A DNA stretch of 32,000 bases from Candidatus Saccharimonadota bacterium (GTDB lineage Bacteria > Pseudomonadota > Gammaproteobacteria > Enterobacterales > Enterobacteriaceae): NCBI RefSeq assembly GCF_000973505.1, contig NZ_CP010048.1, positions 717,322 through 749,321 of the forward strand, in the 5' to 3' direction. Position numbers and translations under genes: made by a program. Positions 1-9,073 of the stretch are shown here, in pieces (within the stretch, counting starts at the first letter, position 1; every line of letters begins with the position of its first letter). The notes under the pieces were generated by a model. It worked only from the letters and a program-made list of their open reading frames with translations, had not been told where the DNA came from and did no database searches.

Positions 1-27
1 TAGAAACACTACACAAACTTCTATAAT

Positions 28-1011
28 ATGCAAACAAAAAAAAAAGTACTTATTATTAAAACATCATCAATGGGAGACATCATTCATACCTTGCCTGCTA
101 TTACAGATGCAGGAAAGGCTCTGCCATATATAGAATTCGACTGGATACTAGAAAAAAATTTCTCACAAATTCCAACTTGGCATCCACAAATAAAAAATAC
201 AATACCAATAACTCTCCGAACTTGGAAAAAAAAATATTATAACCTTAAATCATATCAAGCCTATTTCAAGTTTATCAACCAACTGAAAAACAAGAAATAT
301 GATATTGTTATCGATGCTCAAGGACTAATAAAAAGCTCTTTTTTAATTACCTATTTCACTCAGGGTGAAAAACATGGCATGGATTATAAAAGCATACGAG
401 AACCAATCGCAAGTTTATGCTACAATAAACAACACAAAATACCAAAACAACAACACGCCGTTGAACGTATACGACAATTATTCTCTTTGAGCTTACAATA
501 TCCACTACCAACTAGCAAAATTAATTATCATATTTCACATAATTTTAAAACAAAAAAATACATATCACCATATTTAATATTTTTACACAGCACCACACAC
601 GCTAAAAAACATTGGCCAGAGTCTCATTGGAGAGATATATTACAAAAAACTATCACAGCGGGTTATAAAATTAAATTACCATATTGGTCATACAATGAAC
701 AATTACGCATAAAAAGAATAATTAATGGACTAAACAACAACATCATGATATTGTCACAACCCACATTGACAGAAATTGCTAAAGAAATCGCCTCAGCACG
801 TGCTGTAATATCAGTAGACACAGGACTAAGCCATTTAACTGCTGCACTATCTCGACCTAACTTAACACTGTATGGACCTACTAATCCTCAACTAATTGGA
901 GTATATGGTGATCATCAACAAAAAATACACTCAACAAAAAAAATTATGGATTCTATTACACCAGAAGAAGTTTGGAAAAAATTTCAAAAAATATTAAACA
1001 AACAAATATAA
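28..1011 (+). CDS. waaC: ADP-heptose:LPS heptosyltransferase I
   Basis: 327-aa intact ORF. Blocks VLIIKTSSMGDIIHTLPA, IDAQGLIKS, KQQHAVERIRQLF, SVDTGLSHLTAAL and LYGPT align colinearly with E. coli WaaC/RfaC (about 320 aa) as I recall it. It heads a waa cluster. Confidence 0.93.
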   Translation: MQTKKKVLIIKTSSMGDIIHTLPAITDAGKALPYIEFDWILEKNFSQIPTWHPQIKNTIPITLRTWKKKYYNLKSYQAYFKFINQLKNKKYDIVIDAQGLIKSSFLITYFTQGEKHGMDYKSIREPIASLCYNKQHKIPKQQHAVERIRQLFSLSLQYPLPTSKINYHISHNFKTKKYISPYLIFLHSTTHAKKHWPESHWRDILQKTITAGYKIKLPYWSYNEQLRIKRIINGLNNNIMILSQPTLTEIAKEIASARAVISVDTGLSHLTAALSRPNLTLYGPTNPQLIGVYGDHQQKIHSTKKIMDSITPEEVWKKFQKILNKQI

Positions 1012-1275
1012 TTATTTACATATATTTTATGTTTATTATGTAATAAACTACATAGTTATTAGTCAATAATCTGTGCATATTAAAAAATTACACACTGCTT
1101 ACTAGCTTACTACATATACCACTAAAATATACTGCACAACAAAAAAATGATAGATATATCTAATTAATATCCAGCGTCAATTAACAAACAAATATGATTT
1201 CATTATTACACTAAACTAATATCAAATTTTCTTAATTATCCCAACTAAAATTCAACTATAAAATAACACTTTTTA

Positions 1276-2418
1276 ATGACAAAAAATATCATTCAATTAG
1301 CAATTATACGACAAAAATACCGCATAGACGGAGGGGGGGAAAAAATTATTTTATCAATCTTACAAGGACTGAATACGTACAAAATACAACCACATATAAT
1401 TACTAGATATTGGCCAAAAAATATACAACACATCAAATATAACGTCCACATATGTAATCCATTTATATGGAATCGAATATCAAGAGAAAAACAATTCTCT
1501 AAAACTGCTATGGAATATTGTGAAAAAAAATTTAACATCATCCAAAGTCATGAACGCATCCCTCATTGTGATATTTTTCGGGCTGGAGATGGTGTACACC
1601 AAGCATGGTTAACACAACGAAACCGCGTTTTACCCCGACATCAACAATGGTACCAAAATATAAACAACTACCATCAATACATATTACAAACAGAACAAAA
1701 AATGTTTGATTCACCCAAATTAAAAATAATCATTTGTAACTCACATATGGTAAAAAAAGACATAATAAATTTCTACAATATCAAACCAAATAAAATTAAA
1801 ATCATTCATAATTCTGTAGATTCAAAAAAATTTTTTCCGGCAAACAATACACAATATTATCAAGCAAAAAAAAAATTGCAGATTCCACAACAATCTTGTA
1901 CATTAATTTATGTAGGATCAGGCTTTGAAAGAAAAGGATTGCAACGAGCAATATATGCTATTTCACTTACTAATAGATATTTAATAATTGTAGGATATGA
2001 TAAATATATAAAACGTTATCAAACACTATCAAAAGAACTCGGATGTTTCCATCGTACACGTTTTATAGGAATATCTAATAATTTACTGCCTTATTATCAT
2101 GCAGCAGACGCTCTAATTTTACCAACATTATATGACCCATTTCCTAATGCAATACTTGAAGCTATGTCATGTGCATTACCAATTATAACTACTTGGCAAT
2201 GTGGAAGTTCTGAACTTATTAAAACAGGACAAGAAGGATTTATATGCGATGCTCTTGATATAAACAATTTGCAAAAATTTGTTCTAGAAATTCCTTTAAA
2301 AAACAAATATCCTTATATGGGACTCGCTGCTAGAAAAAAAATTATTAATTTAAACAATAATATTCTTACTAAAAAACTAATCACCCTATATACAAACATT
2401 ATTAATCATACTATTTAA
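1276..2418 (+). CDS. GT4 (group 1) glycosyltransferase, LPS-core type (WabG/RfaG-like); sugar specificity not assignable
   Basis: 380-aa ORF with an ATG start. It has an N-terminal RQKYRIDGGGE motif, a central RAGDGVHQAWL motif and a C-terminal GT4 signature (LPTLYDPFPNAILEAMSCALPIITT). It lies between waaC and waaA, like the core glycosyltransferases of Klebsiella/Serratia-type waa clusters. Confidence 0.8.
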   Translation: MTKNIIQLAIIRQKYRIDGGGEKIILSILQGLNTYKIQPHIITRYWPKNIQHIKYNVHICNPFIWNRISREKQFSKTAMEYCEKKFNIIQSHERIPHCDIFRAGDGVHQAWLTQRNRVLPRHQQWYQNINNYHQYILQTEQKMFDSPKLKIIICNSHMVKKDIINFYNIKPNKIKIIHNSVDSKKFFPANNTQYYQAKKKLQIPQQSCTLIYVGSGFERKGLQRAIYAISLTNRYLIIVGYDKYIKRYQTLSKELGCFHRTRFIGISNNLLPYYHAADALILPTLYDPFPNAILEAMSCALPIITTWQCGSSELIKTGQEGFICDALDINNLQKFVLEIPLKNKYPYMGLAARKKIINLNNNILTKKLITLYTNIINHTI

Positions 2419-2536
2419 ATAATTATAGATTGTAAAAGTAATTTAAAATAACAACTAACTTCACTATAATTAAAAACTACATAACACTCTCAATATAAAT
2501 TACTATAAACATTTCAAAACATATTATTTATCTACT

Positions 2537-3868
2537 ATGCTATACTACATTATATATAACACTATTATATATTTAATACAACCAATAATACTAATACGAC
2601 TATTGTGGCGTAGCATTAATATCCCTGCTTACCGAAAAACATGGAATGAAAGATATGGTTTTTATAATACAATAATACAACCACGAGGAATCATACTTCA
2701 TGCTGTATCAGTTGGGGAAACATTAGCAGCTATTCCATTAATTCATGCATTACAAAAAAAATATCCATCTCTAAATATCATGCTTACATCAATGACACCA
2801 AGCGGAAAAGAAGTAGCACAATCCATACTTGGCAACACCATAAATTATGGTTATCTACCTTATGATCTACCAGGTGCAATACGACGATTCATACATCATA
2901 CTCAACCAATATTAGTAATTACATTAGAAACAGAACTATGGCCTAATCTTATAAAAATATTATATAAATACCACATTCCATATATCATTGCTAATGCTCG
3001 ACTATCTTCACAATCGGCTAATAACTACAAAAAAATAAAAAAATTTATCACTTTAATAATGCAATATGTTACTTTGATTGCTGCACAAAATAAAAAGGAC
3101 GCCGAAAGATTCATTTCATTAGGATTACAAAATAAAAAAATAGCAATTACCGGCAACATAAAATTTGACGTTCCAATTAATAATAATTTACTCAAAAAAA
3201 GCCAAACGTTAAAAAAACTATGGGCTAACAACAGATATGTATGGATAGCTAGCAGCACACATAAAGGCGAAGAAACACTACTTTTACAAGTACATGAAAA
3301 TTTACTAAAAAAAATTCCTAATTTACTCATGATACTTGCCCCACGCCACAAAGAACGATTCATTTCAGTACATAAAATTATAACAAAAACTAAACTTAGA
3401 TTTATCACACGCAGCAGCGGTCAAAATCCAACATACAATACACAAGTCATTATTATCGACACTATAGGAGAACTTACGTTATTATATGGCGTAGCTGATT
3501 TAGCATTCATAGGGGGCAGTTTAATAAAACACGGAGGACATAATCCAATAGAAGCTGCGGCACATGGAATTCCCATATTAACAGGACCTTATGTCTTTAA
3601 TTTTCATGCTATTTACAATATAATGATTAAAGCAAAAGCTTCAATAAAAATAACCAACATAACTTCGCTAGAAAACAAAATTTACACATTGCTAACAAAT
3701 CAAACATATCGACTTTATTACGGGAAAAATGCCACTCATGTACTACGAACCAATCAAGGTGCCATAAAAAAATTACTACCCTTATTAGATCATTATATTC
3801 TAACAAACGATAAACTATCAACATATCAACACATAAAAAAAAATAAATACTCCACTAATGTCTCATAA
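2537..3868 (+). CDS. waaA: Kdo transferase (3-deoxy-D-manno-octulosonic acid transferase)
   Basis: 443-aa ORF. LHAVSVGETLAAIPLI, ETELWPNLI, IANARLS, DTIGEL.LLYG.ADLAFIGGSL and GGHNPIEAAAHGIPIL match E. coli WaaA/KdtA (425 aa) end to end. There is a short K/N-rich C-terminal extension, and the last 11 nt overlap the next gene. Confidence 0.95.
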   Translation: MLYYIIYNTIIYLIQPIILIRLLWRSINIPAYRKTWNERYGFYNTIIQPRGIILHAVSVGETLAAIPLIHALQKKYPSLNIMLTSMTPSGKEVAQSILGNTINYGYLPYDLPGAIRRFIHHTQPILVITLETELWPNLIKILYKYHIPYIIANARLSSQSANNYKKIKKFITLIMQYVTLIAAQNKKDAERFISLGLQNKKIAITGNIKFDVPINNNLLKKSQTLKKLWANNRYVWIASSTHKGEETLLLQVHENLLKKIPNLLMILAPRHKERFISVHKIITKTKLRFITRSSGQNPTYNTQVIIIDTIGELTLLYGVADLAFIGGSLIKHGGHNPIEAAAHGIPILTGPYVFNFHAIYNIMIKAKASIKITNITSLENKIYTLLTNQTYRLYYGKNATHVLRTNQGAIKKLLPLLDHYILTNDKLSTYQHIKKNKYSTNVS

Positions 3869-4658
3869 CCGACTATCTGTAGTAATAATTACACGCAATG
3901 AAGAAAAATCATTACCAGATTGTTTACAATCAATAAACTGGGCACATGAAATTATTGTACTTGATCATTTAAGTAGTGATGCAACCCGACATATTGCTAA
4001 AACAGCTGGAGCACGCGTATATAATTCAAAAAAATGGGAAGGATTTGGCAAACAAAGACAAATTGCTCAACAGTATGCAACTGGCGATTATATCCTAACA
4101 CTAGATGCCGACGAACGCGTTAATACACAACTTAAACAATCAATATTGTCAATATTAAATCAAAAAATAAACAATAATATTGTATATGCATGTGCAAGAC
4201 GCAGTCTATTCCTTAATCACTGGATGCGACACAGCGGATGGTATCCGGATTTTGTGATACGACTGTACCCTAAAAAATACTCATATAACTCAATGAAAGT
4301 ACATGAATCACTAAACACTCATGATGCTAAAATAAATATATTGACAGGCGAACTACTACATATTGCTTGTCAATACTTACCAACATTTCAAAAAAAACAA
4401 CTACAATATGCAGAGATTTGGGCACTAGAGCATTTTAAAAAAAAATGCAACCTACTCACTATATGCCTACACACCATAGGAACATTTTTAAAAGTACTAT
4501 TGCTACAGATGGGATTTTTAGATGGAAAATATGGGCTACTATTAGCCCTTGTTAAATCTCAATACACATTTAATAAATACTCAACCATTTGGTCACTACA
4601 ACAACAAATAAAACATGATATACACAACAAAAAAATAACAAAAAAAATAACAATATAA
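3858..4658 (+). CDS. waaE: GT2 LPS-core glycosyltransferase (WaaE/KdtX-like)
   Basis: 266-aa ORF. RLSVVIITRNEE, GFGKQRQIAQQY, LDADERV (GT2 DxD), HSGWYPD and QYTFNKY match the WaaE/KdtX family as I recall it. The gene lies immediately 3' of waaA, as in Klebsiella/Serratia/Yersinia-type clusters, and its ATG overlaps the waaA 3' end, which suggests translational coupling. Confidence 0.85.
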   Translation: MSHNRLSVVIITRNEEKSLPDCLQSINWAHEIIVLDHLSSDATRHIAKTAGARVYNSKKWEGFGKQRQIAQQYATGDYILTLDADERVNTQLKQSILSILNQKINNNIVYACARRSLFLNHWMRHSGWYPDFVIRLYPKKYSYNSMKVHESLNTHDAKINILTGELLHIACQYLPTFQKKQLQYAEIWALEHFKKKCNLLTICLHTIGTFLKVLLLQMGFLDGKYGLLLALVKSQYTFNKYSTIWSLQQQIKHDIHNKKITKKITI

Positions 4659-4821
4659 ATTAAACTATATCTCCTTCCTTAATAATAATATCCTTACTGA
4701 TAATCTAACTCTGTCAACCCAGACACACTAAATAAACATCCTCAAACAAAACATAAAAAATATGTAAAACAAACAAACACTGATGAAAAAAACAAACATA
4801 TAATAAAAATATAAAATAAAA

Positions 4822-4983
4822 CTACTTACCTTCTACATAAACTACATGCTTTCGAACGGTCGGATCAAATTTTTTCAGTTCTATTTTCTTAGATGGCCCC
4901 CGTTTACTTTTTACAATACTATAAAAATGACCAGTACCAGCTGAAGAATACAATCTAACTACCCCCCGAGTTCCTTTCACCAT
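4822..4983 (-). CDS. rpmG: 50S ribosomal protein L33
   Basis: Not in the ORF track because it is only 53 aa. My hand translation of the minus strand gives [53 protein letters not shown]. This aligns with E. coli L33 ([48 protein letters not shown]). A GGTGA Shine-Dalgarno lies 7 nt upstream, and the gene is directly downstream of rpmB as in E. coli. Confidence 0.93.
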   Translation of the reverse strand: MVKGTRGVVRLYSSAGTGHFYSIVKSKRGPSKKIELKKFDPTVRKHVVYVEGK

Positions 4984-5054
4984 AATATTATCACCACTTA
5001 CTATTCTGTTAATAATGCTATCATTAAATATTATTACCTGAAATTTAACAAAAA

Positions 5055-5297
5055 TTACACATTACTGTTTTTTTTACAACGACGAAAAACAGAAAAAAAA
5101 TGATTAATACCTTTCTTATCAATCATACGTATCCCCTTAGTAGAAACACGCAATTTAATAAACCTGTTTTCCTTTTCCACCCAAAATCGCCGAATATGCA
5201 AATTTGGATAAAATCGACGCTTCGTAGCATTCATCGCATGTGAACGACGATTACCAAATAAAGGACGCTTTCCAGTAACTTGACAAACACGAGACAT
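5055..5297 (-). CDS. rpmB: 50S ribosomal protein L28
   Basis: 80-aa [41 protein letters not shown]...[16 protein letters not shown] is near-identical in pattern to E. coli L28 (78 aa). Confidence 0.96.
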   Translation of the reverse strand: MSRVCQVTGKRPLFGNRRSHAMNATKRRFYPNLHIRRFWVEKENRFIKLRVSTKGIRMIDKKGINHFFSVFRRCKKNSNV

Positions 5298-5760
5298 AAC
5301 TCATTCACCCCATACATCAATCATAATATACTAAAACAATAAAACCTAACACTAAACATCAACCACAAAATAAATCATCACTAAACTAACTGTCCTAACA
5401 ATGTTAATTATAATCGCAAACATAACATAAACACTCTTAAATATAAAATGCAAACACATTATAACAAACAACTACTAAAAACCCAATCAACAATTAAAAT
5501 TAAACACACAAAAATTAAACACATAAAATAAATTTATCTAACAAATATCATTTTCACCCAACATAATACACCCACAATATTATATTAAAATCTTTAAAAT
5601 ATTACGAATTACATACGCAACTCATTTAATCCTAGTTGTAAAAAATCAACTTTTATTATATAGTAAAAAATAAAGCCATACACATTTATATCTAAATCAT
5701 TATAATTGCTGCAACATTCCATAGAAATACAAAAATTTCATAATACACAAATATTATTAT

Positions 5761-5800
5761 TATGATATCATCAATAGAATTATGATATCGTCAATAGACT
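5761..5800. repeat. 20-bp tandem direct repeat, 2 copies, 2 mismatches
   Basis: The two copies are tatgatatcatcaatagaat and tatgatatcgtcaatagact. Attattat lies on both sides (5753-5760 and 5801-5808). The repeat is about 140 bp upstream of dut. Confidence 0.85.
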
Positions 5801-5938
5801 ATTATTATATTATAGACATAATTTAATTGTAGACATAACATTATATATTTATAGATGTTATTATAAAATAAAATATATATTATTATAAAATATAAATTAT
5901 CTCATGACTTCAAAAAAAACTACATAATATAACACACT

Positions 5939-6400
5939 ATGCAAAAAACAATTGATATAAAGATTTTTGATAAACGTATAGGAAAACAATTCCCATTACC
6001 AAAATATAGTACAAAAGGTTCCGCCGGATTAGATCTACGTGCTTATTTGCACTTTCCCCTAAAAATATTACCAGGAAAAACATATCTCATCTCCACTGGA
6101 TTAGCTATCTATATTGCTGATATAAATATAACTGCTATGATTTTACCAAGATCAGGGTTAGCACATAAACATGGAATCATACTAGGAAATTCAATAGGTG
6201 TAATTGATTCAGATTATCAAGGACCACTAATGATATCTATACTAAATAGAAGTAAAAAGATCACTTATATCAATCCAAATGAAAGGATAGCACAATTAAT
6301 ATTCATACCAATTATTCAAGTTAAATTTAACATTGTTACATCTTTTCAACAAATAACAAATAGAGCTTCCAACGGATTTGGAAGCTCTGGAAAATATTAA
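5939..6400 (+). CDS. dut: dUTP diphosphatase (dUTPase)
   Basis: 153-aa ORF with the dUTPase motifs [34 protein letters not shown] and GFGSSG. Its size matches E. coli Dut. Confidence 0.95.
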   Translation: MQKTIDIKIFDKRIGKQFPLPKYSTKGSAGLDLRAYLHFPLKILPGKTYLISTGLAIYIADINITAMILPRSGLAHKHGIILGNSIGVIDSDYQGPLMISILNRSKKITYINPNERIAQLIFIPIIQVKFNIVTSFQQITNRASNGFGSSGKY

Positions 6401-6628
6401 AAAAATAAAACTTTTCATCAATCAATTAACCAATAGTAATAATAATGTATTATTTTATTGTGATAACACACTAATAATGAATGTTGCATTGTAATACAAA
6501 AAATATAAAAATAACCGAACAAATAGAATTATTTTTTACCTTAACATCTTTCATATATATGCCATATATACACAATAATTCACTAATAAATATACCATTA
6601 TAAGTTCTTCATGTAGGAAATATTATCT

Positions 6629-7501
6629 ATGATTCGTAGTATGACAGCATTTATAAAAGAAGAAATACAACATGAAAATTTCACTGGCAGTTGGGAAATA
6701 CGCTCTGTCAATCAGCGTTATCTGGAAATTCACATATACTTACCAGAACACTTTCGAAATCTTGAAACTAAAATAAGAACATTAATTATCAATACTCCTA
6801 ATATCACCCGAGGACGAATAGAATGCAAATTGCATATTTACACATACTATGAAAATGAACAAAATACAATCAATTTAAATAACACACTAATTAAAAATTT
6901 AATAGAATCAATAAAAAAAATACACTATAAAAAAAATATCAATAAAATAGACCCAATCAAAATTTTATCTTGGCCAGGAGTAATTATTCACAAAAAAATA
7001 AATAATGAAATTAATTACCCAATAATAATTGGGTCATGTAAGACAGCATTATGCAAACTTATTACACTCCGTGAACTTGAAGGTTCAGCTTTGAAACCAA
7101 TAATTGAACATAAATTATCTAAAATACAAACTGAAATAAATAATATTAAAAAAGAACTTCCAAATTCAATATTATATCAAAAACAAAAAATCTTAAAAAA
7201 AATAACAGATATAAATATAACAATAGATAACAAACGATTTGAAGAAGAAATACTTCTTTACACACAACGAATAGATATCGCAGAAGAAATAGATCGAATA
7301 GAAATACATATCAAAAATACCATTTCTACACTTTTATCAGAACAAGTTATCGGACGAAAATTAGATTTTATTATGCAAGAACTATATAAAGAAACCAATA
7401 CAATATCAGCAAAATCTACAAATATCAAAATCATACAATCCAGTATTGAAATAAAAATACTTATCGATCAAATACGTGAACAAATACAAAATATCGAATG
7501 A
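6629..7501 (+). CDS. yicC: YicC-family stress-induced protein
   Basis: 290-aa ORF. MIRSMTAF....W.IRSVNQRYLE, RIDIAEEIDRIE.H, GRKLDFIMQE and EQIQNIE at the C-terminus match E. coli YicC (287 aa). An AGGAAA Shine-Dalgarno lies upstream. Confidence 0.92.
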   Translation: MIRSMTAFIKEEIQHENFTGSWEIRSVNQRYLEIHIYLPEHFRNLETKIRTLIINTPNITRGRIECKLHIYTYYENEQNTINLNNTLIKNLIESIKKIHYKKNINKIDPIKILSWPGVIIHKKINNEINYPIIIGSCKTALCKLITLRELEGSALKPIIEHKLSKIQTEINNIKKELPNSILYQKQKILKKITDINITIDNKRFEEEILLYTQRIDIAEEIDRIEIHIKNTISTLLSEQVIGRKLDFIMQELYKETNTISAKSTNIKIIQSSIEIKILIDQIREQIQNIE

Positions 7502-8143
7502 AATAATATACTATAAAATAAAATAAAACTTGAATTTCACAAATCATTATATAATACTAAGACTTTCAGTATTTAAAATTTATTTTTATAGAAAATATCG
7601 ATATAAAAATTAATATTTTATAATAATTTATAAAAAAATTATATTTATTATTTTGAATTTTAATATATTTACACGATTAACAAACAATATAAATAATTAT
7701 TTTTCAATAATAAAATAAAATACTTTAATATTAATTAAATACTAAAAACCAAAAAAATACCCAACACCAACACAAATTTATTATGTTTATTATGTACATT
7801 ACATATTTATAATTCACTAAATTTAATATTAGGATAAATAAATTCTATTTAAAATTAAACAACAAAAAATCACAAAATATAAAAATTTATTTTATATATT
7901 TAAATATAAAAAATTTTACTAAAAGTAACATTTGAAAATATGACTAATTAACAAAAATAATCTTATAAAATTTAATTCACTTACATTTTAAGTAAAATAT
8001 AATCAAAAAATATACTGGAGGACACAAAAAAACTAAATTAATATACACTAATAAATTAACTTAAAAAACATTTTAAAATACATATATTAATATTAATAAA
8101 CAAATAACATAAAAAATGATACTATCACTTCATTTTCAATAAA

Positions 8144-8188
8144 TTATAAAGTACATAGTTATAAAGTACTACATAAAAAAGTACGCTG
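8144..8188. repeat. Degenerate 15-bp tandem repeat, 3 copies, with an AAAGTAC core
   Basis: AAAGTAC occurs at 8148, 8163 and 8178, exactly 15 bp apart. The units are ttataaagtacatag, ttataaagtactaca and taaaaaagtacgctg. The array lies about 135-175 bp upstream of the MarR-family gene. Confidence 0.7.
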
Positions 8189-8321
8189 TATATTATGTTA
8201 TTTATGTATATTTATATTTATGTATATGTAAAAAAACCATAAAATTAACTTTAACTAAAAGTAATTTATACTCTTACATTAAATAATATAGTAAGTTATC
8301 ATTATATAGAGAAAATTAATC

Positions 8322-8747
8322 ATGAATAGATCAAAAAATATTTCCAATGTGGTAGAATCTATATCACGAATTTATCATCGACTTCGTAAAGAAATAAATG
8401 GACAACTAATTAACGAAGGATTATCGATGTCAAAAATGAAAATTTTACACCTCATCACTACGGGAAAAACTAGCGCTACTGATATTAAAAATTACATGGG
8501 ATTTTCATCACGTACTGTAGTAACAGTACTTGATGCATTAGAAAAAGAAGAAATGTTACAAAGACAACAAAGTGCAAGCGATCGAAGAGTAAAATATGTA
8601 TATATCACAGAAAAAGGCCAAGACAGATTAGAAATTGCTAAAGAAACACACAAAACGATACTCAATCGCATATTTTCACCATTGTCTGATGCACAACTCG
8701 AAAATTTTAATAAGGTATGTAATTTAATTGAATCTCAACAAGGATAA
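8322..8747 (+). CDS. MarR-family winged-helix transcriptional regulator (subfamily unknown)
   Basis: 141-aa ORF of typical MarR size. It has an HTH segment (ATDIKNYMGFSSRTVVTVLDALEKEEML) followed by the wing signature SASDRRVKYVYITEKGQ. I do not know of any gene at the corresponding yicC-gmk position in E. coli. By hand count G and C are about equal (roughly 15-16% each), whereas neighbouring plus-strand genes have C greater than G. Confidence 0.8.
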   Translation: MNRSKNISNVVESISRIYHRLRKEINGQLINEGLSMSKMKILHLITTGKTSATDIKNYMGFSSRTVVTVLDALEKEEMLQRQQSASDRRVKYVYITEKGQDRLEIAKETHKTILNRIFSPLSDAQLENFNKVCNLIESQQG

Positions 8748-8869
8748 CATCCTAACATGAATAATTTAATATAATTATAGTATATTAATATAATACTAGT
8801 AATAAATAACATTAATAAAAAAATAAATAATATATAATCATATAATCGATTATGTACGTTATAATTATG

Positions 8870-8993
8870 AAAAAATCCTCAGTAAAAAATTTATCTATAA
8901 TAACCAGAAATATATCGATTATCGATACTGAATATATATCTAAATTATCTACACATTGAAAATGCAGCATAACATTTTACTGACGGATTTTTT
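8870..8993. repeat. 18-bp inverted repeat (one bulged base) enclosing 87 nt; MITE-like or a structured RNA
   Basis: The left arm is aaaaaatcctcagtaaaa (8870-8887). The right arm is ttttactgacggatttttt (8975-8993), which is the reverse complement with one extra base (c at 8984). The loop contains the perfect palindrome tatcgat-t-atcgata (8913-8927). Confidence 0.7.
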
Positions 8994-9073
8994 CAATTCA
9001 TATTCTTTACTTTATACTCAACAATATTAAATATTTACACTATATAATTTTTTTTAACAACAAAACTTTTTAT

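Noticed and set aside
1293-3824. Minus-strand ORFs 1293-1541, 2097-2306, 3025-3408 and 3627-3824 from the ORF track
   Set aside because: Each lies entirely antisense within a strongly supported gene (the GT4 gene or waaA). Their translations are Phe/Cys/Leu/Ile-rich low-complexity sequence, as expected from reading an A-rich coding strand backwards. I recognise no motifs and see no Shine-Dalgarno.
6554-6570. Palindrome tatatatg-c-catatata about 60 bp upstream of yicC
   Set aside because: It is built from (TA)n low-complexity sequence, and such dyads arise trivially.
7560-7720. Nearly pure A+T stretch with A and T about equal, considered as a replication origin or unwinding element
   Set aside because: There are no DnaA boxes and no change in GC or AT skew on either side. 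The composition is better explained by its position among plus-strand transcription units (see the strand-asymmetry finding).
8867-8959. 30-aa ORF (MKKSSVKNLSIITRNISIIDTEYISKLSTH) inside the inverted-repeat element
   Set aside because: It has no Shine-Dalgarno and no recognisable family, and an ORF of this length is expected by chance. It is mentioned only because its start coincides with the left repeat arm.
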